From contig CACYCE010000008.1 of NCBI GenBank assembly GCA_902772915.1, positions 1-56,006 of the forward strand: a stretch of 56,006 bases of DNA, in the 5' to 3' direction. Positions within the stretch are counted from its first letter, which is position 1. Each line of letters starts with the position of its first letter. Under the pieces are notes generated by a model, which saw only the letters and a program-made list of their open reading frames with translations, ran no database searches and was not told where the DNA came from. Positions 38,052 to 48,924 of this stretch are shown one piece after another. Both the position numbers and the translations under genes were made by a program. Source of the DNA: an uncultured Erysipelotrichaceae bacterium (lineage in GTDB: Bacteria > Bacillota_I > Bacilli_A > RFN20 > CAG-288).

Positions 38052-39063
38052 CAATCATCTTGTTAAATTCAATTTCTTCAGATTGTTTTCTAAGTTCTTC
38101 TTTTGAAGAACTTTTTAAATTTCTAACTTCTTCTAATTGGGCCGAAGAGTAAGAATAACTATTATCAGAATTCTCAATTATTTCACCTTCGTTATGATAA
38201 ACAATTAAAGAAGAGTAAACTCCATTTTTGTAGGTTACTAAAGAAGGAACATAACCAGATAAATAATTAGTCAACCCATATTTTTCTTTAAAAGCTTTCC
38301 AAATAATTTCATATTCGTTACCAGGTTCGACTTTATCTCTAATTTCACTTACATCGTAAATATAAATTAACTTTTCAGGATTAGAATAAGAATAGGGAAT
38401 TAAATAATTCTTCATTAAACTCTGACAGTCTGAACAACTATTCCATAGGTAGAAAATAGAGACTTGATTTTTATTAGCTATATCTAAATCTAAAGAAAAA
38501 GTTGTTTCATTATTTTCTATTTGGTAATTGTAGTTTTCCGATTCTAAATATTTGTTTTCTAAATCGTTTAAACAGATGATGTTAGATTTCTTAAAATAGG
38601 TATCTAGAGTGTATTTAAATTTTGAATAAGTCGGGGCGCCAATTAAAGAATCTACGACTTTACCTTTGGAATAAAAATACAAAGTTGGAGTGGAAGTTAC
38701 CAAAGGGTAAGTAGAACTATCTTCATTAGATAATTCGTTGAAAGTTGTCGAAGAAATAGTGTAAAAGACCACGGAATTTTCTTTAGTGTATTCCACTATT
38801 AGATTTCTCATATCTGCGCAACCTTGGCATTGAAATTTAGTAACGAATAAGACAAAATCAAAATCCGTAGTCTTAGACATACTAACTTTAGTTTTTAGAT
38901 CTAAAGCTGATTTCAACATGACTATCGAAGCGGAAGATTCATTTTTATAAGGCCTAATTTTATTTATTTCAACAGGAATAGAATAAATTGATTCAACAGG
39001 GGAATTATTACACGCTGTTAAAGCAAACAAAGATATACCTAGTAATAAAATACTTTTCTTCAT
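38041..39063 (-). CDS. Lipoprotein with two thioredoxin-like domains
   Basis: Lipobox LTAC; CQGC ... TPTLYFY and CSDC ... VPSLVTY. Confidence 0.75.
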   Translation of the reverse strand: MKKSILLLGISLFALTACNNSPVESIYSIPVEINKIRPYKNESSASIVMLKSALDLKTKVSMSKTTDFDFVLFVTKFQCQGCADMRNLIVEYTKENSVVFYTISSTTFNELSNEDSSTYPLVTSTPTLYFYSKGKVVDSLIGAPTYSKFKYTLDTYFKKSNIICLNDLENKYLESENYNYQIENNETTFSLDLDIANKNQVSIFYLWNSCSDCQSLMKNYLIPYSYSNPEKLIYIYDVSEIRDKVEPGNEYEIIWKAFKEKYGLTNYLSGYVPSLVTYKNGVYSSLIVYHNEGEIIENSDNSYSYSSAQLEEVRNLKSSSKEELRKQSEEIEFNKMIANL

Positions 39064-39164
39064 GTAATAAATTATAAATCATTATTTCTTTAGTGAAAAA
39101 GAAAAAAGGGAAGAATCTATTTAGATTCAACCCTTATATAGTATCAAATTAAATTTCTAGTAAA

Positions 39165-40370
39165 CTATTTTAAGCCTAAGATTCTAACGATATCTCTAGC
39201 AATCATCAATTCTTCATCGGTAGGAATGACGACCATAGGAATGGAAGAATCAGGAGCGGAAATAATACCTTCTTTACCTAAAGCGATTTCTTCGTTGAGC
39301 TTATCATCTAACTTTAAGCCCATGAATTCAGAGCATTCATCGATGACTGCTTTTCTATAATAAGGAGCATTTTCACCAATACCTGCTGACCAGACGATTA
39401 AATCGACTCTACCTAATCTGCAAGCGTAAGCAGCGATGAATTGAGCTAATTTTCTCGCCCACATAGTGATAGCCAATTTAGCTTTAGGATCACCTTTTTC
39501 TGCCGCAGCTTGGATATCTCTAGTATCGTTAGAAACTTCCGAGACACCTAATAAACCAGATTGTTTATTGAATTCTTGATAGAGATCTTCACAGCTTCTA
39601 TTAGTGCAGTTTACTAAATAATTGAGAACGGAAGGATCTAAATCACCAGTTCTAGTACCCATCATGATTCCTCCTAAAGGAGTTAAGCCCATGGAAGTTA
39701 GGACACATTTATTATCTTTAACCGCACATAAGGAAGCACCTGAACCGATGTGGAGAGTTAATATACGAGCATCTTTTTTATTGTGTAAATATTTCTTAGT
39801 AGCTATTTCCGCTAAATATTTGTGAGAAGTACCGTGAGCTCCGTATCTTCTGCATTTATATTTATCGTAATATTCACGCTTGATAGGGAAGAGGTAATCA
39901 GCTTCGTCCATAGATTGATGGAAAGCGGTATCGAAAACGGCGATTTGACCGACTTTAGGTAAAGCTGCTTTGAAAGCTCTAAAGCCGATTAAATGAGGTT
40001 TATTGTGCAAAGGAGCAAGAGGAATCAAAGATTCGATCTTATCTTCAGTGTCTTTATCGAAGACGTGGGAATCCGCAAAGTAAGGACCACCTTGAACGAT
40101 ACGGTGACCAATACCTTGTATTTCATCAAAAGAAGCGATGATTTGATGTTCGATTAATCCATTCATAATCAACTTAACGGCGACACCGTGATCAGCTACA
40201 GGCAAGACTTTAGTAATTTTTTTGCCTTCCTTATTTTTAATTGAGAAAATCGCATCATCGTGACCGATTCTCTCGACGATTCCATTGGTAAGAACCTTTT
40301 CTTCCGGCATTTCGTAAAGTTTGAACTTCATTGAAGATGAACCGGCATTGACAGCCATAACTTTAAACAT
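39165..40370 (-). CDS. ackA: Acetate kinase
   Basis: NAGSSSMK, GHRIVQGG, APLHN, FDTAFH, YGAHGTSH, PTDEELMIA. Confidence 0.97.
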   Translation of the reverse strand: MFKVMAVNAGSSSMKFKLYEMPEEKVLTNGIVERIGHDDAIFSIKNKEGKKITKVLPVADHGVAVKLIMNGLIEHQIIASFDEIQGIGHRIVQGGPYFADSHVFDKDTEDKIESLIPLAPLHNKPHLIGFRAFKAALPKVGQIAVFDTAFHQSMDEADYLFPIKREYYDKYKCRRYGAHGTSHKYLAEIATKKYLHNKKDARILTLHIGSGASLCAVKDNKCVLTSMGLTPLGGIMMGTRTGDLDPSVLNYLVNCTNRSCEDLYQEFNKQSGLLGVSEVSNDTRDIQAAAEKGDPKAKLAITMWARKLAQFIAAYACRLGRVDLIVWSAGIGENAPYYRKAVIDECSEFMGLKLDDKLNEEIALGKEGIISAPDSSIPMVVIPTDEELMIARDIVRILGLK

Positions 40371-40526
40371 TTAAATAATCTCCTTGTTATACAATTAGTA
40401 TTTTAATTCCTAGGTACAAAGTTTTCAATTTAATATTAATGACTTTTAAACTAGCAAAAGAACGTAAGTATATATTTAAAAAAATATATAAATAATTTAT
40501 AATAAAGCGAATAAGGAGTTTTTATT

Positions 40527-42479
40527 ATGGATCTTTCTTGGTTCGATGAATACTTAAGCGGTAATTCTCACACTGCATACAAACACTTTGGAGCTCATTT
40601 AGTTACTTTAGAAGATGGTAGAAAAGGTTGGGAATTTCTCCTTTACGCCCCTGAAGCTCAAAGCGTAGATTTACTCGGTGATTTCAATTCTTGGTCAGTT
40701 ATGAATAACGCAGCTATGGAAAAGATTGATTACCGAGGATTGTTTTACAAATTTATAGATAACGGCTGGGAATATCAGTCGTATAAATATCACATTTTAG
40801 GAAAAGATGGTCTCTACAGAGAAAAAGCTGATCCATTCGCTTTCTTCGCTGAGCTACCTCCTGCTTCCGCATCGAGATTGTTCGATATAGAAGGAATGAT
40901 TTTTCACGATGATAAATTCATGAAGAACAGAACTAGAATGTTCGATCAACCTATGTCCATCTACGAGATGCATTTAGGCTCTTGGCTAGGTCAACAATAC
41001 GGGCGCAATCTCTCTTATGAAGAAATCGCTCAACCTCTTATTGATCACGTTAAAGGCAATGGCTTTACCACTGTAGAAATCATGCCTATTACTCAATATC
41101 CTTTCGATGGTTCTTGGGGATATCAAGCTACTGGATATTTCGCTGTTGATTCTAGATATGGCAACCCTAAGCAATTGATGTCGTTTGTCGATAGGTTGCA
41201 TCAAGCTGGTTTAAATGTCATCTTAGATTTCGTCGCTGTACATTTTGCTGTTGATACTTACGGTTTAGAGAGATTTGATGGCTCTTGCATGTATGAATAT
41301 CAAGGCGAAAATGAATGGTCACAATGGGGAACTAAGAACTTCGATTTAGGTAAAGATCCTGTTCGTTCATTCTTGATTTCTTCCATGTGTTATTTCTTGG
41401 ACTATTTCCATTTTGATGGTATAAGGATGGATGCGGTCTCTAATATCATTTACTTTGGTGGCAATGTCAATAGAGGCATCAATCAAGGCGGCGTCGATTT
41501 TGTTAAACGCGCCAACTGGACTGTTCATAACTTCTATCCTAACGTGATGATGATCGCTGAAGACTCTTCCGCTTACGGTCAAGTTACTAAAGGCTTTAAT
41601 TCCGATGGTTTAGGGTTTGATTACAAGTGGGATTTAGGTTGGATGAACGACACTCTAAAATATTACAAGTTAGATCCTATCTATAAGAAGTTCCACCCTA
41701 ATTTATTTAATTTCTCTATGGCTTATTTCTATTCGGAGAATTTCTTACTACCTCTATCTCACGATGAAGTGGTTCATATGAAAGGAACTATCGTCAATAA
41801 GATGTACGGTGATTATTACACCAAGTTCGCTCTAGCTAGAAATCTCTACGGTTATCAATTCGCCCACCCTGGCAAGAAACTCAATTTTATGGGTAATGAA
41901 TTAGGAACATTCGATGAATGGAATGAAAAGAAGGGCTTAGCGTGGAATTTAAGAAGCTATCCTATTCACGATTCCTTCACTAGAATGATTAGAGATTTGA
42001 ATTTGATTTATTCTTCTCATCCTGCGATGTATGTAGAAGAATACAACCCTAATAGATTTAAGTGGATTATGGTTGATAATTCAGATCAATCTGTTTATGC
42101 GTTCTACAGACAAGCTAGAGGGGAAGTAATGGTCTTCATATTTAATATGACTCCTAATTACTATGAGAATTACTCTATCGGTGTTCCATATGCAGGTGAA
42201 TATGAAGAAATCTTCAATTCCGATAAGGATATCTACAGTGGTGGTAACCAATACAATGGTCAACAAATCTTCACTTCAGATAATTGGATGCACGGATTTA
42301 CTCAATCTGTAACTATCAAATTAACTTCTTACGCTTGTATCTATCTTCGACTTAAAGAAGACGTTGGATTAGCTGAAGATGAAAAAGAAAGGTTAGCTAA
42401 AGAAGCTCCTATTTCTGCTCCTAAATCACCCAAAAGCAGAAAGAGAAGCGTGAAGAAAATATTAAAAAGTGCCAAATAG
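40527..42479 (+). CDS. glgB: 1,4-alpha-glucan branching enzyme
   Basis: IYEMHLGSW, SWGYQ, FDGIRMDAV, AEDS, LSHDEVVH, HPGKKLNFMG. Confidence 0.96.
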   Translation: MDLSWFDEYLSGNSHTAYKHFGAHLVTLEDGRKGWEFLLYAPEAQSVDLLGDFNSWSVMNNAAMEKIDYRGLFYKFIDNGWEYQSYKYHILGKDGLYREKADPFAFFAELPPASASRLFDIEGMIFHDDKFMKNRTRMFDQPMSIYEMHLGSWLGQQYGRNLSYEEIAQPLIDHVKGNGFTTVEIMPITQYPFDGSWGYQATGYFAVDSRYGNPKQLMSFVDRLHQAGLNVILDFVAVHFAVDTYGLERFDGSCMYEYQGENEWSQWGTKNFDLGKDPVRSFLISSMCYFLDYFHFDGIRMDAVSNIIYFGGNVNRGINQGGVDFVKRANWTVHNFYPNVMMIAEDSSAYGQVTKGFNSDGLGFDYKWDLGWMNDTLKYYKLDPIYKKFHPNLFNFSMAYFYSENFLLPLSHDEVVHMKGTIVNKMYGDYYTKFALARNLYGYQFAHPGKKLNFMGNELGTFDEWNEKKGLAWNLRSYPIHDSFTRMIRDLNLIYSSHPAMYVEEYNPNRFKWIMVDNSDQSVYAFYRQARGEVMVFIFNMTPNYYENYSIGVPYAGEYEEIFNSDKDIYSGGNQYNGQQIFTSDNWMHGFTQSVTIKLTSYACIYLRLKEDVGLAEDEKERLAKEAPISAPKSPKSRKRSVKKILKSAK

Positions 42480-42496
42480 AAAAGGAGTTTATGTAA

Positions 42497-44911
42497 ATGT
42501 TATTTGATAATAAAGAAACTTTCATCTTGGATTTCAGACAAAGATGTGTCGAAAAATACGGTCGTGATGCTAAAGAAATCGATATAACTGAAGTTTATGA
42601 CATCTTAGGTACGATGGTTAGAGACTTCATGACTATCAAAGCTAAGGAAACTAAAGAATTAATTAAGAAAAAGAAATGCAAGCAAATGATTTATTTTTCT
42701 ATGGAATTCTTAATTGGTAAGATGCTAGAAGCTAACATGGTTAATTTAGGCATTGAAGAAATCGTCCAAGAAGGCTTCAAAGACATGGGCTTAGATTACA
42801 AAGCTTGTTTAGATCAAGAATCTGATGCTGGTCTAGGAAATGGTGGTTTAGGTAGATTAGCCGCCTGTTTTATGGATTCTGTAGCTTCTTTAGGTTATCC
42901 TGGCAACGGCAATACCATTAGATATGACTACGGTTTCTTCAAACAAAAAATTAGAAATGGCAGACAAGAAGAAATACCTGATCAATGGTTATTAAATGGC
43001 AATGTTTGGGAAGTTAGAAAACCTAAGCATGCTGTCATTGTTAAAATGTATGGTGATGCGGAAACTTACCAAGATGAAAAAGGTCAATACAAGTGGAGAA
43101 CTGTCAACGCCTTAAACGTCATCGCTATTCCTTGTGATATGGGTTTAATCGGTTATAAGAACAATGTTTGTAACACGTTGAGATTATGGACTGCTGAACC
43201 TTCCGCTGAAGAGATCCCTCAAAATACTTCATTTAGCGATTATCTAAAATTCGTTAAAGATTTAACTCACGGTTTGTATCCTGATGATACTACTGAACAA
43301 GGTAAATTATTGAGATTGAGACAGCAATATTTCTTAGTATCCGCTGGTTTGCAATCAATGTTAAGATCCTTCCGCAGAATTTCTAACAAAGCTGATTTAT
43401 CTAAATTACCTGAATATTATTGCGTTCAATTAAACGATACTCATCCTATTCTCGCTATTCCTGAATTGATGAGATTATTGATGGATGAACACGGTCTTGA
43501 TTGGGATGAAGCTATAAATATTTGTCAGAAAGTATTCTCCTTTACTAATCACACTGTTATGCCTGAGGCTTTGGAGAAGTGGCCTGTTCAATATGTCGCT
43601 TCCATCTGTCCTCGTGTCTATATGATTATCGAAGAAATCAACAGAAGATTGTTAATTAAATATCGTCAAGATGGTGTCCCTCAACATGAAATTGATAATG
43701 ACATCATTATTAAAGATGGCATGGTTAGAATGTGTCAATTAGCTATTAATATCTGTCACTCCGTCAATGGTGTTGCAGGGTTACACACTGATATTTTAAA
43801 GGCTCAGACTTTCGCTGACCTCTATAAGATGTACCCTGAAAAATTCAATAACAAGACTAATGGTATCACTCATAGAAGATGGTTCTTAGTCGCTAACAAA
43901 AATTTGTCATCTTACGTCACTTCTTTAATTGGAGATAAGTGGTTAGATAAACCTGAAGAAGGCTTAAAGAAGTTACTTAAATACAAAGATAACGTCAAAG
44001 TCGCTAGGGAATTCAACCGCATCAAGAAAGAAAATAAGCTGGCTTTAATCGAATTATTAAAGAAGCAAAACAACATTGAAATCACTCCTGATTTCATCGT
44101 CGATTCTCAAATTAAGCGTCTTCACGCATATAAGAGACAGATGTTGAATATCTTCAGAATCATCTACCTCTACAAGAGAATGAAGAGCGATCCTTCTTTT
44201 AGAATTAAACCTCACATCTACATCTTCGGTGCTAAAGCCGCTCCTTCTTACGTCTACGCTAAGAAGATTATCGAATTGATTTTAGCTGTTTCAAATACAG
44301 TCAATAATGATCCTGAAGTCAATAAATTTATGAAGGTCGCCTTTATTGAAAATTATTCTGTCTCGACTGCTCAAATCATCATTCCTGCTTCTGATATTTC
44401 CGAGCAAATTTCTACCGCTGGTAAGGAGGCTTCAGGAACTTCTAACATGAAATTTATGATGAATGGTGCGGTGACTTTAGGAACTTTGGATGGCGCTAAT
44501 GTTGAAATTGCTTCCTTAGTCGGAGATGAAAATATCGTCATCTTTGGTATGAATGCTCAAGAAGCTGATGAATTGAGAAATTCTGGTACTTATTCACCTT
44601 GGGATATCTACAATTCTTACGAGCCTGCTAGAATTGTAATTGATTCTTTGTTAGATGGTTCTTTCGATCCAGATGGCGAGAGATTCAGAATGATCCACTC
44701 TGAGATTATGAATAGGGGAGATGAATATTTTATCCTTAAAGATTTCGAGTCTTACTTACAAGCTAGTGAAAAGATCGACAACCTCTATTTAGATCAAGAT
44801 AAGTGGGGCAAGATGTGCATTGTTAACACTGCTATGTCTGGTTATTTCTCTTCGGATAGAACTATTGAAGAATACAATAAAGATATTTGGCATCTTAAGA
44901 AAGTTTCTTAA
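42497..44911 (+). CDS. glgP: Glycogen/alpha-glucan phosphorylase
   Basis: GNGGLGRLAACF, LNDTHP, KRLHAYKRQ, EASGTSNMK (PLP lysine). Confidence 0.97.
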   Translation: MLFDNKETFILDFRQRCVEKYGRDAKEIDITEVYDILGTMVRDFMTIKAKETKELIKKKKCKQMIYFSMEFLIGKMLEANMVNLGIEEIVQEGFKDMGLDYKACLDQESDAGLGNGGLGRLAACFMDSVASLGYPGNGNTIRYDYGFFKQKIRNGRQEEIPDQWLLNGNVWEVRKPKHAVIVKMYGDAETYQDEKGQYKWRTVNALNVIAIPCDMGLIGYKNNVCNTLRLWTAEPSAEEIPQNTSFSDYLKFVKDLTHGLYPDDTTEQGKLLRLRQQYFLVSAGLQSMLRSFRRISNKADLSKLPEYYCVQLNDTHPILAIPELMRLLMDEHGLDWDEAINICQKVFSFTNHTVMPEALEKWPVQYVASICPRVYMIIEEINRRLLIKYRQDGVPQHEIDNDIIIKDGMVRMCQLAINICHSVNGVAGLHTDILKAQTFADLYKMYPEKFNNKTNGITHRRWFLVANKNLSSYVTSLIGDKWLDKPEEGLKKLLKYKDNVKVAREFNRIKKENKLALIELLKKQNNIEITPDFIVDSQIKRLHAYKRQMLNIFRIIYLYKRMKSDPSFRIKPHIYIFGAKAAPSYVYAKKIIELILAVSNTVNNDPEVNKFMKVAFIENYSVSTAQIIIPASDISEQISTAGKEASGTSNMKFMMNGAVTLGTLDGANVEIASLVGDENIVIFGMNAQEADELRNSGTYSPWDIYNSYEPARIVIDSLLDGSFDPDGERFRMIHSEIMNRGDEYFILKDFESYLQASEKIDNLYLDQDKWGKMCIVNTAMSGYFSSDRTIEEYNKDIWHLKKVS

Positions 44912-45018
44912 TTTTAAAAATTCAAAAAAAATAGTAGTTTTCTTTTGACTATACTATTCACTTGGGTATAAAATTAATTGGTATTTATTAAAGATTGCTA
45001 AATTGATAAGGAGTATAT

Positions 45019-46323
45019 ATGGAAAAAGTATTTCATGATAACAACGATGGTACCTTGAATGTATCGGTCACTTATTTACCTGCCGATTACAATCCTATCG
45101 TTACTAAAGTTATGGATAATTTAGTTAAAAATGTCACTGTTAGTGGCTTTAGAAAAGGTAAGGCCCCTAAAGATGTCGCCATGCGTTATGTCAAGAGTGA
45201 AGATGTCTACAACGGCATGATTAACAAATTAATCGACAAGGATTTCGCCACTCTTTTAGACGGATATGAAAACGCTTCTGATGTCGCTAATGTTCAACCT
45301 AGTTTATCTGTCTCTTCAGATGAGAAGAAAAACGCTTATAATTTAATTTACACTTTCGTTTTCTTACCTAAAGCTGAAATTGAAAAATTCTCTGGCTTAG
45401 GAATTGAAGTCAAAGCTAAATCGGTAACTGCTAAAGATGTCGATGAAGAAATTAAGAAATTAGCTACTGATGCTGCTGAATTAGTTCCTTCTTCTGAGGG
45501 AGCTGAACAAGGAGATCATGTCATTATTGATTTTACCGGCTATGTCGATGGTAAGGAATTCGATGGCGGTTCTGCTAAAGATTATGAATTGACCTTAGGT
45601 TCTCACGCTTTCGTACCTGGTTTTGAAGAAAAATTAATTGGTGTTAAAGAAGGAGAGAAGAGAACTATCGAATTGACTTTCCCTAAAGATTATTTAGCTT
45701 CTTTAGCTTCTAAAGACGCCAAATTCTCCGTCTCTGTCAAGGCTGTTAAGAAAGTCGTCTTACCTGAGGTGAACGATGAATTTGCTTCTTCTGTTCCTTC
45801 TTATAAAGTTAAGACTTTAGAAGAATTGAAAAAAGAAGTTAAAGCTAAGTTAACTAAAAACGCTAAAGATACCGCTAGAAATGAAAAGATTTCTAAAGTT
45901 TTCTCTGAAATTGAAAAGAAAGCTAAAATTGTCGTCTCTGACAAATATTTAGAAGTCTTATCTAAACAAGTTGAAGAAAATACTTTAGGTCAAGTTAGAC
46001 AATACGGCATGAACTTAAATGAATATTTATCTGTCGTCGGTTTAACTCAAAAGCAATTCCACGAAAACGCTTTAACTCAAGCTAAGGCTGAAGCAACTAG
46101 ATTCGCATTAGTTAGAGCTATCACTAAAGGAGCTTCTTTAGAAGTTAGCGAAGATGATTTAGCTAATGCTTTCGGCGGTAAAGAAAAATATGAATCTTTA
46201 ATTAAAGCCGGTAAAGAACAAGAAAAGAAGAATTCTAATTTCTCGATGAACGCTTATTTAGATAATATGCGTAACAACTTATTAGAGCAAAAAGTTAACG
46301 ATTATCTCTTCGAAAACAATTAA
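45019..46323 (+). CDS. tig: Trigger factor
   Basis: GFRKGKAP and FKBP domain IDFTGYVDGKEFDGG ... FVPGFEE. Confidence 0.96.
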   Translation: MEKVFHDNNDGTLNVSVTYLPADYNPIVTKVMDNLVKNVTVSGFRKGKAPKDVAMRYVKSEDVYNGMINKLIDKDFATLLDGYENASDVANVQPSLSVSSDEKKNAYNLIYTFVFLPKAEIEKFSGLGIEVKAKSVTAKDVDEEIKKLATDAAELVPSSEGAEQGDHVIIDFTGYVDGKEFDGGSAKDYELTLGSHAFVPGFEEKLIGVKEGEKRTIELTFPKDYLASLASKDAKFSVSVKAVKKVVLPEVNDEFASSVPSYKVKTLEELKKEVKAKLTKNAKDTARNEKISKVFSEIEKKAKIVVSDKYLEVLSKQVEENTLGQVRQYGMNLNEYLSVVGLTQKQFHENALTQAKAEATRFALVRAITKGASLEVSEDDLANAFGGKEKYESLIKAGKEQEKKNSNFSMNAYLDNMRNNLLEQKVNDYLFENN

Positions 46324-46344
46324 AATATTTCTTTGAAAATTGAT

Positions 46345-46370
46345 AAAAAGCCCGTGTTTAACGGGCTTTT
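46345..46370 (+). terminator. Terminator after tig
   Basis: AAAAGCCCGT-GTTTA-ACGGGCTTTT. Confidence 0.85.
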
Positions 46371-46411
46371 ATGATTTTTTGAAAAAAAGTTAAAAATAAT
46401 TGTGCAAAAAA

Positions 46412-46438
46412 CTAGCACTCTAAGGCTAAGAGTGCTAT
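46412..46438 (+). promoter_or_regulatory. CIRCE element (HrcA operator) upstream of lon
   Basis: cTAGCACTC-N9-GAGTGCTAt versus consensus TTAGCACTC-N9-GAGTGCTAA. Confidence 0.92.
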
Positions 46439-46518
46439 ATTATCACTAGAAAGTGTGTGGCAAGATCGTGTGATTTGCTACATCACAATCCTAGTCTACC
46501 TGAAAGGAGGTTATAATT

Positions 46519-48924
46519 ATGGATCAAAGTTTCGTTCTCCCTATCTACCCTGATTCTCAAGATGTACCCTTACCATCTTTGGAATATAAAATTAGAGTAT
46601 ACGACGCATATGGCAAAGAACTTTTTGATTATTTAAAAGAAGGTGAATATTTTATTATCAATTCAACTCACGTTGATTTCGCATTCTTAGCTAAAGATAT
46701 CAAGTCCGCTCTTTCCTATATAGAGCCTTTTGCTACTATTTGTGAAATCGTTTCTATTGTCAAAAACACCGCTTCTTATACTATTACATTTAAAGGTAAA
46801 TCTGTCGCTAATATCTCTTCAGCACGAATTATGGAGAATTCTTCTATAGTTCTCGGCTCTGGAAAATTAGTTTCCGACTTAGACACCGATAAATTCATGC
46901 TCATGCCTTTTATTGATGATATCAATAAGAGATACGATGCTATTTCTAAAAAGGTTCCTGGATTCCCGCCTTTTCCTAAACAAGAGGAAATTGAACAATA
47001 CGAACCCAGCTTCTATTTAGCCTACTTCTTAAATCTTCCTAGAAATATGAAGTTGACTCTTTTGAAGAACAACGATCCTATGAATAGATTACAAATCATT
47101 TTAAAATCTATGGATTCTTTAGCTGCGGATCCTCAAATTGAGAACGCCATTAACGCTAGAGTTGAAAAAGCGATTGAAAACAATCAAAAGGAATTTGTCT
47201 TAAGAGAGAAGATGAAGGCTATTAAAGAAGAATTGAAACCTTTCGATGGACCTTCTGAAGACGATAAATACCAAGCTGTCATCAACGATGAAACTGGCAA
47301 ATATCCTCAATCAGTTAAGGATAAAGTCAAATTAGAAGTTCAAAGATTATCTTTGATGCCTGGAGCCAGCCAAGAAGGTGCGGTTATTCGTACTTATTTA
47401 GATACTTTAATCAATATGCCTTGGTCTACTTCGACTCAAGATAATGAGGATATGGTCGCTGTTAAGAAGGTTTTAGATGAAGATCACTATGGTTTAAAGA
47501 AACAAAAAGATAGAATCTTAGAATATCTCGCTGTTAAATCTTTAACTAAATCTTTGAGATCTCCTATCTTATGCTTGTATGGACCCCCGGGAACTGGTAA
47601 GACCTCTTTAGCTATTTCTATCGCTCGTGCTTTAGGAAGAAAATTCTGCAAGATTTCTTTAGGCGGTGTTTCTGATGAAGCTGAATTAAGAGGACATAGA
47701 AAAACTTATGTCGGCGCCATGCCTGGGCGTATTATTTCCAATATTAAAAGAGTTGGAGTTAACAATCCTGTTATCTTGTTAGATGAGGTGGACAAAGTTA
47801 CTTCTGGAGGTTACCACGGTGACCCTGCCGCGGCCTTATTAGAAGTCTTAGATCCTGAACAAAATGTTCATTTCCAAGATAATTATTTAGAAGAATCCTT
47901 CGATTTATCTAATGTTTTATTCATCTGCACAGCTAATAATGTAAGGGAAATTCCCGCACCTTTAATCGACAGATTAGAAATGATCGAATTAAATACTTAT
48001 ACCAAGATGGAGAAGTATCATATTGCTACTGATCATTTGATTCCTATTGAATTAGAAGCCAATGGTTTAGATAAAGAAAATATTGAATTTACTCAAGAGG
48101 CTTTAGAATTCATTATCGAGCACTACACTATGGAAGCAGGTGTTAGAGAATTGAGAAGAAAGATTGCCACTATCATGAGAAAGTTCGCAGTTGAATTCTT
48201 AACAGAAGGTAAAACTAAAGAAAATGCTCATTTAGTTGTCACTAAAGAAGTGGTTGAAAAATATTTAGGTAAGCCTATATTCGAACACACTAGAAAAGGT
48301 AAAGCTGATCAAGTCGGTATTGTCAATGGTCTAGCTTACACTGATTTTGGTGGAGAAATATTACCTATTGAAATCAATAATTACCCTGGTTCTGGTCAAT
48401 TAATTTTGACAGGTAACTTAGGTAAAGTTATGGAAGAATCTGCTCGTACCGCATTCTCTTATGTCAAATCTATTTCTAATAAAATTGGCGTAGATGAAGA
48501 ATTCTGGAAGAAGAATGATTTCCACATTCACGCCCCTGAAGGTGCGACTCCTAAGGATGGACCTTCCGCTGGTGTCGCTTTAGCTACAGCTATCATCTCT
48601 TGTGCCACTTCGATTCCTTTAAGAAATGATGTCGGTATGACTGGTGAAACAGACTTAAGAGGTAATTCTATGCCTATAGGCGGTTTAAGAGAGAAGTCTT
48701 TGGCAGCTTTAAGAGAACATTTGAAATTGATCTTAGTTCCTAAAGAAAACCACAAAGATGTCGAGGAATTGCCTGAAGAAGTCAAGAAAGGGTTGGAAAT
48801 TGTTGAAGTAACTTCGGTTATGGATGTCCTTCCTTACGCTTTTGATAAAAATCCTTTAGTCAATCAAAAAGTTAGCCCGAAAGTAATAAATAATGATAAA
48901 CCTTCAAAAGACGAGCTTCGTTAA
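46519..48924 (+). CDS. lon: ATP-dependent Lon protease
   Basis: GPPGTGKTS, LLDEVDK, PKDGPSAG, PIGGLREK. Confidence 0.97.
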   Translation: MDQSFVLPIYPDSQDVPLPSLEYKIRVYDAYGKELFDYLKEGEYFIINSTHVDFAFLAKDIKSALSYIEPFATICEIVSIVKNTASYTITFKGKSVANISSARIMENSSIVLGSGKLVSDLDTDKFMLMPFIDDINKRYDAISKKVPGFPPFPKQEEIEQYEPSFYLAYFLNLPRNMKLTLLKNNDPMNRLQIILKSMDSLAADPQIENAINARVEKAIENNQKEFVLREKMKAIKEELKPFDGPSEDDKYQAVINDETGKYPQSVKDKVKLEVQRLSLMPGASQEGAVIRTYLDTLINMPWSTSTQDNEDMVAVKKVLDEDHYGLKKQKDRILEYLAVKSLTKSLRSPILCLYGPPGTGKTSLAISIARALGRKFCKISLGGVSDEAELRGHRKTYVGAMPGRIISNIKRVGVNNPVILLDEVDKVTSGGYHGDPAAALLEVLDPEQNVHFQDNYLEESFDLSNVLFICTANNVREIPAPLIDRLEMIELNTYTKMEKYHIATDHLIPIELEANGLDKENIEFTQEALEFIIEHYTMEAGVRELRRKIATIMRKFAVEFLTEGKTKENAHLVVTKEVVEKYLGKPIFEHTRKGKADQVGIVNGLAYTDFGGEILPIEINNYPGSGQLILTGNLGKVMEESARTAFSYVKSISNKIGVDEEFWKKNDFHIHAPEGATPKDGPSAGVALATAIISCATSIPLRNDVGMTGETDLRGNSMPIGGLREKSLAALREHLKLILVPKENHKDVEELPEEVKKGLEIVEVTSVMDVLPYAFDKNPLVNQKVSPKVINNDKPSKDELR

